Origin: Chloroflexota bacterium
GTDB taxonomy: Bacteria > Chloroflexota > UBA11872 > VXOZ01
Direction of reading: 5' to 3'
Length of the DNA: 32,000 bases
Assembly (NCBI GenBank): GCA_963663275.1
Contig: OY760183.1
Coordinates: 1,083,683 to 1,115,682, forward strand
The position numbers and the translations under genes were made by a program. Below are positions 1 through 7,841 of the stretch, one piece after another (the stretch's first letter is position 1; every line of letters starts with the position of its first letter). Below the pieces are notes generated by a model. The model was not told the DNA's origin, did not search any database, and worked only from the letters and a program-made list of their open reading frames with translations.

Positions 1-129
1 GGGGAGCCGGAGGATGAAGGTCAGTGGAGCGCCATGTTAACGGTGGTAGAGGCGCTCGCACGCGGCGATGAAGTAGCCTCCGCGATCAACCAGGCCTGCG
101 CTGTCCTCTATGAGAGCCAGCGGGCGTGA
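1..129 (+). CDS. 3' end (42 codons) of an unidentified CDS that starts upstream of the window
   Basis: Frame 1 is open from base 1 to TGA at 127-129 (...QWSAMLTVVEALARGDEVASAINQACAVLYESQRA*). Third positions are G/C-rich like neighbouring genes. Too short to assign a family. Confidence 0.3.
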   Translation, partial: GEPEDEGQWSAMLTVVEALARGDEVASAINQACAVLYESQRA

Positions 130-428
130 GGAGCGGCGCGGCAGCGGGCGGTGGGAGCGCGGAAGTGGTGGCGCGTATGGCCCGCGCTGCGGTCTGTCTT
201 CCTACAAATATAAGCGGCGGGCGTCAAGGCCCGATGGTGTCGCAGCGACGCCGTGCCGGAGCTGTTCACCCTTCGACCTCGCTCAGGGCGATCGGCTCCG
301 GCGCAGTCTTGGCGCTTTGGGACTTTTGCTTCCGTTCGTTGTGCGCGCGCGGCGGCTTGCGCGGGATTCGGCATGTGTGCTTAGCTAGAGACGGTACCAG
401 ACGCTAAGCAGAATTGAGGCTTTGTGGC

Positions 429-1892
429 ATGAACGTGGTTGTCATTTGCCTGGACACCATGCGCACGGACATGGTGCGTTCCTTGGGCGCGGACTTCATT
501 CGCACGCCGGTGCTGGATAACCTGGCCGCCGAAAGCGCGGTCTTCACCCAGGCGTACGGCTGCGCCTATCCTACGATTCCCGCGCGCCGGGCGCTCTTTA
601 CCGGCATGAACAGCTTTCCCTGGCGCTTTGGCTACGACACGCTTGGCTCCAGCCCTTCGCCGCGCGGCTGGCACAAGATCCCGCCGGAGCATACGCCGGT
701 GTCGGAACTGCTGGTGGAAGCGGGTGTCAATACCGGCTTCATCGCCGATACCTACCACATGTTCAAGGCCACCATGAACTTCACCCGGGGCTTCTGCTCC
801 TGGGACTTCGTGCGCGGCCAGGAGTTCGACCACTGGAAGACCCTGCCGCCCGGCGCGGTTGACCCCACGCAGTACACCGACGCCGCGCCGGATTCGCCCC
901 GCATGACCGGCATGGTGCAGTACCTCTGGAACCAGGGCGAGCGCCCCCGGGACGACGACTTCCAGGCGGCGCGCGTGTTCGCCAGTGCCATGGACTGGGT
1001 GGAGAACAACGCCGCCTACGGGCCGTTCTACCTCTACATCGATTCCTTCGATCCCCACGAGCCGTGGGACCCGCCGCTCCACTACGCCGACGCCTACTAC
1101 AGGGACGATTCGGTGAAAGACTACATCTGGCCGGTGGGCACGGAGGTGGAAGGGGAAGCGGCGCAAGAGCGCACCAAGGCCCTCTACTACGGCGAAGTGA
1201 CGTTCGTGGATACCTGGATCGGCCACTTCCTGGATAAGCTGGAGGCGCTCCACCTGCTGGACGATACGGTCATCATCTTTACGTCCGACCACGGCACCGA
1301 GTTGCTCGACCGCAACCGCTTCGGCAAGTCCGAAGACCACCTCCAGTGGTTCAACACCCGCATCAACATGTTCATCCGCCATCCGGACAAACAGCACGCG
1401 GGCAAGCGCCTGGACGCTTTCGTGCAGCATCAGGACGTGCCGCCTACTGTGCTGGACCTGTTCGGCGTGCCCTACCAGGGACTGGACGGCATGTCCATGT
1501 GGCCGCTGGTGACGGGCGAGCGGGCGAGCAACCGCGACTTCATCATCGCCGGCTGGGGGCAGCACGCTACGGTGCGCGACCACGATTACAACTACGTGGT
1601 GGACTTCGAGCAAGGCCCGCGCAAGACCGACAGCGGCGGCTTTACGGTGACGCAGGAAACTGCCGCCCTGCACGTGCAGGAAGAACTCTACAACCTGCGC
1701 GCCGACCCGCTGGAGACGACCAACGTGCTGGAAGGCGAACCGGCGGCGGCGGAGAAGTTGCGCTCCCGCTTGGAAGGCTTCCTGGACCAGCAGTTGCCGG
1801 CGCATCTGGACGACCGGGTGGATACCTACGAATACCCCCGGCGCGTGCACGCCAAGACGAACCCACAAATGCGGCGCATCGTCTCCGGCTGA
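429..1892 (+). CDS. Sulfatase-family (alkaline-phosphatase superfamily) hydrolase with Thr at the usual Cys/Ser nucleophile position
   Basis: ORF 414-1892; ATG at 429 is preceded by GAGG (415-418). N-terminal VVVICLDTMRTD strand, 12-mer sulfatase-type signature TIPARRALFTGM, and later IIFTSDHGTEL. The 544-aa antisense ORF 381-2015 is a GC shadow. Confidence 0.85.
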   Translation: MNVVVICLDTMRTDMVRSLGADFIRTPVLDNLAAESAVFTQAYGCAYPTIPARRALFTGMNSFPWRFGYDTLGSSPSPRGWHKIPPEHTPVSELLVEAGVNTGFIADTYHMFKATMNFTRGFCSWDFVRGQEFDHWKTLPPGAVDPTQYTDAAPDSPRMTGMVQYLWNQGERPRDDDFQAARVFASAMDWVENNAAYGPFYLYIDSFDPHEPWDPPLHYADAYYRDDSVKDYIWPVGTEVEGEAAQERTKALYYGEVTFVDTWIGHFLDKLEALHLLDDTVIIFTSDHGTELLDRNRFGKSEDHLQWFNTRINMFIRHPDKQHAGKRLDAFVQHQDVPPTVLDLFGVPYQGLDGMSMWPLVTGERASNRDFIIAGWGQHATVRDHDYNYVVDFEQGPRKTDSGGFTVTQETAALHVQEELYNLRADPLETTNVLEGEPAAAEKLRSRLEGFLDQQLPAHLDDRVDTYEYPRRVHAKTNPQMRRIVSG

Positions 1893-1955
1893 ACCTGGCC
1901 GCGCCCGCCTCCTTGCCGGTGACCCGTGCGCGACCATTACCGGTAGGCGGAAATT

Positions 1956-1993
1956 CCCCCTCTCCCCGGGGAGAGGGCCGGGGTGAGGGGGAC
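1956..1993. repeat. REP-like hairpin, family E (ccccctctcccc-nnn-ggagagggccggggtgagggggac)
   Basis: Hairpin ccctctcccc/ggggagaggg followed by ccggggtgaggg. The same element recurs at 26148-26186 and 26412-26450, with a partial copy at 26374-26398. Confidence 0.8.
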
Positions 1994-2047
1994 ATCGTTG
2001 TCGCATTGAACGCAATGAGAATGAAGCCTACGCTCGCTTCTCCCGTA

Positions 2048-2069
2048 GTGCAGGTTTGTAACCTGCGAC
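2048..2069. repeat. REP-like hairpin, family B (gcaggtt-tgt-aacctgc)
   Basis: 7-bp stem with 3-nt loop. The same hairpin occurs more than 10 times in 13203-14150. Confidence 0.85.
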
Positions 2070-2114
2070 TTACGCAAGGTCAATCCAGTCCGTTCTTGTT
2101 TACCTTGCTCCGGC

Positions 2115-2136
2115 GGGGGACAAGCCCCCGCGCTAC
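2115..2136. repeat. REP-like hairpin, family A (gggggacaagcccccgcgctac)
   Basis: Stem gcggggg/cccccgc with loop acaag and a gcgctac tail. At least 15 copies in the window, all intergenic (13167, 13399, 13514, 13629, 13749, 14233, 14316/15523, 18394, 29418, 29534, 31114, 31257 and others). Confidence 0.9.
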
Positions 2137-2166
2137 GCAAACGCGGCGGCGTTGCGCGCAGGCCCA

Positions 2167-3963
2167 CTAGTGGTAGCGGACTTCCACCGCGCTGGCGCCC
2201 GCGCCAAAGTCGGCTGCCGCCAGCGCATAGGCCGTCCCGGAAACGCTGCGCCGGGTGAGCGGCAGCGGCTCCCCGCCGCACTGTACCCCGGCAATCTCTC
2301 TGCCGTCGAACCGCGCGGGCAGGAGGAGCGTGCCGCCGGGCAGTCCGTCTCGCGCCTCGAGCGTCAGGCTCAAGATGCCGCCGTCCGCGTCCCACCGCTG
2401 TTCATGCAGCAGCGCGGCGCGCCGTTGTTCGTTGAACGCGCACCAGGCGTCGGTGCTGGGCATGGGCAGTTCGCATTGCGCCGCGTACTTCAGGACCGCC
2501 TCGAACCAGCCCGCCGTGCGGATGAACTGGCCGGTCTTCACCTTAATGCCGGTGGCGTAGATCGGGTGAAAGTAGAAGTGCGCCACGGTGTGGTAGCGTT
2601 CGATCGCGGCGTCGATGTACTCCTTGGAAACGGCGATGGCTTGCTCCTCGCTGAGCGGCGGCAGGAAACTCTTGTCCACCAGCACGTAGTCGTCGCAGAA
2701 GAGGGTCTCCTGCTCGAAAAGCTCGATGAATTCGCCGCGTTCGTCGATGAAACGCATGGGCAAGCCGCTGCCGGTCAGGTAGCCGTATTGCTGGTGGTCG
2801 CCGGCGCGGTAGTTGGTGTCCATGCGGAAACCGGCGTCGGCCAGCGCCTGGGCGGTTTCCGCCCAGCCCGGCCAGATGACGCAGTGGTGGCGGGTGGTCT
2901 TGGGCGGATAGCCGTAGCGATCCTCGAAGAGCGCCGCTTCCTCGAAAATGCGCTGGCGCATCTGCTCTACGGTCGGCTTGCCTGAGTGCCAGACGTGGGG
3001 TCCCGCCGAGTGGCCGCGCCGCCGGTAGTCGCGCTCCATCGCCGGGGTGAGGTGCTTCAGGTGCTCCTCCATCAGATAGACGGTGTACTCGCCGCCGTGG
3101 GCTTCCACCATATTGGTGTACCATTCCATCTGCGGGCGGGTCATGCCGTCGCTGTCGCCGTTGACGAGCACGATTGCCGGCGCGGCGTTGGGGTAGTGCC
3201 AGAGACGCGCCAGCGGGGCCTGTGGCGCGCTCGCCCACTCAAGGATGCGCACGAGCAGTCGCTGCTGCAGGTCGGCTTGGGGCAGGTCGAGCAGCGTGCG
3301 GTCGCGGTAGCCGACGAAGAGATCGCTGGGGCAAAACAGGCCGTCGCCGTCGGCATCGGGAGTGGGGCCGGTGCTGGCCTGCTCGCGGCGGCCCTGGTGA
3401 AAGAGGACGGTGGACGACGCCAGGTCATAGGTGAAGACGGCGAAACGCCCCGCGCCGTAGTTGCCGGTGACAATCGCCGGATATGGGAGCGCCCAGTCGC
3501 GTCCGCCCAGCCAGGCGAGCACGCGCTCGCGGCCGCCGTAATCAGCGTACACATCGGCCGCGCCGTGAAACTGCATGAAGTCGCCGAGCGCGGAGAACCA
3601 GAGGGGATGGTCTCGCTCCGGCGCGACGTAGGCTTCGTTGGCCGTGCGCCGCTGCTTGCCCTCGATGCCAAGTTCGGCTGCGGTCTCGGCGGAAGGACGC
3701 AGGAAGACCACCGGCGTGCCCCGCTCCAGCGCCGCCAGCGCCGCCGCTTCCGCGCCGGTATCCGCGCCGCAGGGCGCCACGATCACCGCCTGCCGCGCTT
3801 GGAGTGAATCCACAGTCAGCGGCGACTGCCGCGCGTTCCGCTCTTCCGCGCCGGTCAGCCCCTCGGCAAAGAGCATCTCCAACACGTAACGCCCAAACGG
3901 GGCTGTCTCAGGATCGTAACAGCACAACGGCGGCAGGAACGTATCGTGCTTCTTCGATGCCAT
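2167..3963 (-). CDS. Hypothetical 598-aa protein with a central NodB/polysaccharide-deacetylase-like motif pair
   Basis: Full-length ORF with G/C-rich third positions. AGGAGAG sits 9 nt upstream of the ATG at 3963. Motifs VLVNGDSDGMT and HSAGPHVWH resemble the NodB D-D and H-x-x-x-H metal motifs. The N-terminal ~250 aa and the C-terminal beta-rich ~100 aa are unassigned. Confidence 0.75.
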   Translation of the reverse strand: MASKKHDTFLPPLCCYDPETAPFGRYVLEMLFAEGLTGAEERNARQSPLTVDSLQARQAVIVAPCGADTGAEAAALAALERGTPVVFLRPSAETAAELGIEGKQRRTANEAYVAPERDHPLWFSALGDFMQFHGAADVYADYGGRERVLAWLGGRDWALPYPAIVTGNYGAGRFAVFTYDLASSTVLFHQGRREQASTGPTPDADGDGLFCPSDLFVGYRDRTLLDLPQADLQQRLLVRILEWASAPQAPLARLWHYPNAAPAIVLVNGDSDGMTRPQMEWYTNMVEAHGGEYTVYLMEEHLKHLTPAMERDYRRRGHSAGPHVWHSGKPTVEQMRQRIFEEAALFEDRYGYPPKTTRHHCVIWPGWAETAQALADAGFRMDTNYRAGDHQQYGYLTGSGLPMRFIDERGEFIELFEQETLFCDDYVLVDKSFLPPLSEEQAIAVSKEYIDAAIERYHTVAHFYFHPIYATGIKVKTGQFIRTAGWFEAVLKYAAQCELPMPSTDAWCAFNEQRRAALLHEQRWDADGGILSLTLEARDGLPGGTLLLPARFDGREIAGVQCGGEPLPLTRRSVSGTAYALAAADFGAGASAVEVRYH

Positions 3964-4190
3964 GCGGTTTGCCTCTCCTGGACGCGCTAAAGCGCCTCAC
4001 CATCTTGAGCCTTGGCGGTCAGGCTGCTGCACATAGCCAAACACGCCCCAGTGTCCGTCACCGAGGCGTGCAATAGATTCAACTCTAAGAAGATGAGCGT
4101 CTCGCCGAGCAGCCGCTGCTGCGAGCCGCGGCGCAAGACGCCTTGCCTGGAACCGCCGTGCCGCCCCCCTTGCCGCCAAGCGGTTCAGGG

Positions 4191-4394
4191 CTAGTCTTGT
4201 TCCGGTTTCCCTCTGGAAAAGTGGCCTTCAATCAGCCCCTCGATGCGCGCCAAGCGTTCGCCGAAGTCCGACATGCGCGATTCGAGCCTGGAGACCCGCG
4301 TATCGAGGCTGCGAATTTGCAGCATAATGAACCCGCCAACGGTGAACGCCGATAAGATGCTCGCCAGTACGGTGGCAATGGTGTCGTTTTCCAT
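4191..4394 (-). CDS. Small (67 aa) membrane-anchored coiled-coil protein: N-terminal TM helix plus heptad region
   Basis: ORF 4191-4400. The second ATG (4394) lies 8 nt downstream of AAGGAG (complement of 4403-4408). IATVLASILSAFTVGGFIMLQI is hydrophobic; it is followed by RSLDTRVSRLESRMSDFGERLARIEGLIEG. G+C is lower than in the flanking genes. Confidence 0.6.
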   Translation of the reverse strand: MENDTIATVLASILSAFTVGGFIMLQIRSLDTRVSRLESRMSDFGERLARIEGLIEGHFSRGKPEQD

Positions 4395-4628
4395 GGTCAT
4401 GTCTCCTTAGTCTAAGCATAGCTGCCAAGTGTATGATAGGTCAAGCTGCCTGACATCTGTGGCAAGAGCGTTCTACCACTCCTGTACCAAATGATAGTAC
4501 GTCTCGGGCCAATTGAACACTTGAGGCACACCCGCGTGTATTCTCCGAGGATCTCCAGTCAGCAGAAGCCCTCATGCCAGCAAATCCATGCGGCGCATAG
4601 ATAGCAAGCACCGTAGGCGTGCGGGTCG

Positions 4629-5423
4629 CTACAAGGGCCTCGCACCGACAGGAGGCAAGAACAGCGCCTGAATCAACCCATCCGGATCCGACCAGCGCGA
4701 CACTCTGGATAGAGATCCCACGAGACTAAAGTCACCATCCGTCCAAATGTCGTTGGTGTCGTCGAAGAGGGATACGAAGCCGAGCGGCTCGCTCCGCGCT
4801 ACCGGCCCTAAATCGTGCCAGGTGGCTACTACCCGGTCGGTTATCCTGCGCGCCGCGGAACGGTTGTTGGCGCTGAGCACATTGACTAACACGGTGCGTC
4901 TGCGGGCGCGAACCTGAAAATCCACATTCCACGTACGATTTGAAACCCCTGTCCGCCTGGAGGCGCGTTCGAACGGTACGTTGTGCTTTTCGAGATAGTC
5001 GGCCACCTGACCTGTAATCGATGGCGGCGTGCGCGTGCGAAAGGTGAGCCATATATCGGCAACTCTCGACGCTACCTGCGCAGCCTGGACAATTGCGGCA
5101 GCCAATTCGCTGGGATGGCAATGCGTTTCAATGACGCCATTCTGAAACTCAACACCGTGGGTTAGGCAAATGTCCGCAACGAGCCCGGTCTGCTTAGGTG
5201 AAAGGCGCATAGAGGGCGACTGCGTGTACAGCCAGCGCATGGTCTCCCCAAAGTCTGACACCAGTACCGAGTCACCCTCGAACGCCAGGAATACGTCGAT
5301 TGCGTCTCCGTCCGGGTAGAGGAACGGCGTGCCAACCTGGTCGTAGCCCTCCTCTTCCGTGTACGAAAAGAGGGCGCCAAGTTCGCGCTGTACTTGTGCG
5401 ATGTTCGTCAGAGCAACGTTCAT
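4629..5423 (-). CDS. Uncharacterised 264-aa protein resembling a DUF1828 + DUF1829 fusion
   Basis: ATG at 5423 lies 7 nt after the stop of the upstream gene, with GGAAGGG upstream. The N-terminal ...GTPFLYPDGDAIDVFLAFEGDSVLVSDFGET... and C-terminal ...RTWNVDFQVRARRRTVLVNVLSANN... segments match my recollection of DUF1828 and DUF1829. Codon usage is richer in A/T endings than in host genes. Confidence 0.7.
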   Translation of the reverse strand: MNVALTNIAQVQRELGALFSYTEEEGYDQVGTPFLYPDGDAIDVFLAFEGDSVLVSDFGETMRWLYTQSPSMRLSPKQTGLVADICLTHGVEFQNGVIETHCHPSELAAAIVQAAQVASRVADIWLTFRTRTPPSITGQVADYLEKHNVPFERASRRTGVSNRTWNVDFQVRARRRTVLVNVLSANNRSAARRITDRVVATWHDLGPVARSEPLGFVSLFDDTNDIWTDGDFSLVGSLSRVSRWSDPDGLIQALFLPPVGARPL

Positions 5424-5430
5424 TGCCGCA

Positions 5431-5859
5431 TTAGCCCTTCCGCAACTCTCCGTTGTGCTGTATGCGTGCCTCCACGCAGAACTCTCTCCAAACCGCCGCC
5501 GGGTCAGCAGCCGACGCCGTTATGTCGTCAGGCACGTAGGCTCTCTTATCTCTATAGCGTTCCGACCAGCTATGCTTATGCTTTCTGCCGATCCGTTCGC
5601 CTTGCGGATTACGATGTATCTTTCCCATGTCAAGGCCATAGATGCGGCCCTCCGTCCGCAAGATGAGCGCGTAAGACAACCTTTGCGTCCTTGGATTATA
5701 GCTGCCATGAATGAATAGCGGCCAACCTACCTCCGATTGTACGGCGGCTCTGAATGTCCAGGCGGGCAAGTGGCTGCTGTCCTCTTTCCAAGCAATATTC
5801 CCCTCAATTCGCTTCGAGGCATCACTCAAAATGGAGGAGAAATCGGCATCGCTCAGCAA
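5431..5859 (-). CDS. Uncharacterised 142-aa protein with an H-x-N-P-x-G...H-K-H motif (possible His-Me-finger-like site)
   Basis: The only long ORF here. TTG start at 5859 with GGTAGG 4 nt upstream; the first in-frame ATG is codon 78. Stop at 5431-5433. Motif GKIHRNPQGERIGRKHKHSW (5572-5616). Rare AGA/ATA/AAT/CAT codons are present. Confidence 0.6.
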   Translation of the reverse strand: MLSDADFSSILSDASKRIEGNIAWKEDSSHLPAWTFRAAVQSEVGWPLFIHGSYNPRTQRLSYALILRTEGRIYGLDMGKIHRNPQGERIGRKHKHSWSERYRDKRAYVPDDITASAADPAAVWREFCVEARIQHNGELRKG

Positions 5860-5976
5860 AATGCCTACCGTTCCATAGTATCAAAGCGGTACGAGGAAAA
5901 GCATCGTCCTGCGCCTTGCCCCTCTTGCCGCAAGGCTTGTCGACGGCGCCTATAGCCCCATGGATGAGCGAACGAT

Positions 5977-7299
5977 TCAGTTCACCGCAGCCAAAGACCG
6001 CAGTTCCGCCGCGTTTTCCTGCACTTTCACGAAAGCGTCGGCGATGTCGTCCATGTCCGCTTGCGTGCCCAGGAAGGCCGGGTGGCCCATCCAGAGGGTT
6101 TCCTCGCGGCAGAGGCGTTCGGCTTCCGGGCATTCCGTCCGGCGGTAGTCCATTGTGCGGCCGTAGTAGTGGCTGGTGAGCGGGAAGCCGCTGCGCAGCG
6201 AACCGTGCAGGGCGTCCTGGAAGAGCGGGTGCTTGTGCAGGGGGCGCACGTAGCCGGCGCTGCACGGGACGCCTTCCGCGGCCACGGCCTTGGCGACGAC
6301 CTCGCGCGGCGCGCCGCCGAAAGCCTCGGCGTTCATGTACTTGAAGATGAAGATGTGGAGCGCGTTGCGCTTGACGAACGGATCCACGCGCACGTTCGCC
6401 AGACCTTCGATTTCGGCCAGGCGCGACGCGAGGTAGGTGCAATTCTCATGCCGGCGGGCCGCCCATTCCTCCAGGTTGGGGAATTGCGAGTGCAGGATCG
6501 CGCCCATGATCTCCGACATGCGGTAGTTCCAGGAGAGCACCGGAAACTGCGTGTCCACCGGGTCGTTCAGGTGGTCGTCCGCCAGGTCCACGTGCGAGCG
6601 CCAGAAGTCGTGGGCGTAGACCGCGCGCTTGTAGATCTCCTCGTTGTTGGTGGTCACGCAGCCGCCCTCGCCGCTGGTCAGGTTCTTGCTGGCCTGAAAG
6701 CTCCAACCGGCCGCGTCGCCCAGCGACCCCAGCTTACCCTGGGCGTGCATGCCGCCGTGGGCGTGGGCGCAATCCTCCAGCACCAGCAAATCGTGCTTGC
6801 GCGCGATGGCGTTGATGGCGTCCATGTCGGCGGGCAGGCCGCCGAAGTGCACGGCAAAGATGGCGCGGGTTTTGTCGGTGATGTGGTCTTCGATGAGGGC
6901 GGGATTGAGGTTGTAGGTCTCCGGGTCGATGTCCACGAACACGGGCACGGCGCCCACCTGCAACGGCGCGCTGGCGGTGGCCATGAACGAATACGGCGGC
7001 ACGATGACTTCATCGCCAATTTCCACGCCGGCCGCCAGCACGGCCACCTCCAACGCCGCGGTGCCGCTGCTCACGCAGAGGCCGTAGTCGCAGTCGTGAT
7101 AGCGCGCGTACGCCTGCTCGAACTCCCCCGTGCGCGTGCCGTCGCGCCGCCGGTTCCAGCGCTGGCTGCGCAGCACGTCCGTCACCGCGTCAACCGTCTC
7201 ATCCCCTACCAGCGGCCAACTGCCAAAGGGCGTCCGGCGCAATTTCGGGCCGCCGTTGATAGCTAACTTTGCCACGGCGCAAGGCCTCGCTTTCTGCAT
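5977..7299 (-). CDS. DegT/DnrJ/EryC1/StrS-family PLP-dependent aminotransferase
   Basis: 440-aa ORF with the family-typical FQASKNLTSGEGGCVTT (PLP lysine) and LAINGGPKLR N-terminus. The antisense ORF 6061-7266 is a shadow. Confidence 0.9.
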   Translation of the reverse strand: MQKARPCAVAKLAINGGPKLRRTPFGSWPLVGDETVDAVTDVLRSQRWNRRRDGTRTGEFEQAYARYHDCDYGLCVSSGTAALEVAVLAAGVEIGDEVIVPPYSFMATASAPLQVGAVPVFVDIDPETYNLNPALIEDHITDKTRAIFAVHFGGLPADMDAINAIARKHDLLVLEDCAHAHGGMHAQGKLGSLGDAAGWSFQASKNLTSGEGGCVTTNNEEIYKRAVYAHDFWRSHVDLADDHLNDPVDTQFPVLSWNYRMSEIMGAILHSQFPNLEEWAARRHENCTYLASRLAEIEGLANVRVDPFVKRNALHIFIFKYMNAEAFGGAPREVVAKAVAAEGVPCSAGYVRPLHKHPLFQDALHGSLRSGFPLTSHYYGRTMDYRRTECPEAERLCREETLWMGHPAFLGTQADMDDIADAFVKVQENAAELRSLAAVN

Positions 7300-7436
7300 G
7301 TCTTATCGCTCGTTTTCGCCATCAGTGTGCACCTATAGTATCATGGCCAAAACAGTGCGCAAGGTAACAGCCGAACAGGAGCGTCGTCCAGAGAAAGGGC
7401 GTTCGCCAGGGCTTGAAGAAGAATCGTCGAGAGGTG

Positions 7437-7841
7437 ATGAAGGTGCGCGTTAAGCTGCCCCACAGGGAGTTGTCCGACGCTTTCGTGGCGTTGAGCCATG
7501 CAGCCGCCGAGGCTGAAGAAGAGGGCTTTCAAATACCCTCTGACTTAGCAGTAGTCAATGCGAAACGCCTGTTGCATGAGATGTACGCGATTGCGCCGCA
7601 ACGCTTCGAGGTCTACCCCACACCTGACGCCGAGATCGCTATTCGCGCTTTGGCTCCCGGTAGATCGGTCATAGTGCTGTGCGAATCGGATGGAGAAGCG
7701 TTGTGCTTGGCCAACCTCAACAATGGCCGCAGACGCAAGAGATTTGATTCCGTGGATGCCCTGCCGGACCGCTTCTTGAAGAGAGCCCTCTTGGACTTGA
7801 AATTGGGGATATCTAGTCCTCACGGAGCACATTGCCCATGA
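7437..7841 (+). CDS. Hypothetical protein (about 134 aa), orphan; its stop overlaps the start of the downstream MR/MLE gene
   Basis: ORF 7413-7841. ATG at 7437 follows GAGAGG, but the start is uncertain (TTG 7413, GTG 7443 are alternatives). TGA 7839-7841 overlaps ATG 7838-7840 of the next gene (ATGA). Lower G+C (35/60 at 7561-7620). No recognisable domain. Confidence 0.45.
   Translation: MKVRVKLPHRELSDAFVALSHAAAEAEEEGFQIPSDLAVVNAKRLLHEMYAIAPQRFEVYPTPDAEIAIRALAPGRSVIVLCESDGEALCLANLNNGRRRKRFDSVDALPDRFLKRALLDLKLGISSPHGAHCP

Noticed and set aside
130-428. Possible riboswitch or leader upstream of the sulfatase-like gene
   Set aside because: It contains only short hairpins (ccggagc...gctccgg at about 258-300; gcttagc...gctaagc at 379-409) that resemble further REP-type elements. 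I recognise no conserved riboswitch core.
381-2015. 544-aa ORF on the minus strand, antisense to the sulfatase-like gene
   Set aside because: It fully overlaps a CDS with clear family motifs on the plus strand. Its translation is Arg/Gly/Ala/Pro/Val-rich low complexity, typical of high-GC shadow frames, and it runs through REP elements at its 5' end.
6061-7266. 401-aa ORF antisense to the DegT aminotransferase
   Set aside because: Shadow ORF. It has no motifs and a biased composition, and the opposite strand encodes a well-supported PLP enzyme.
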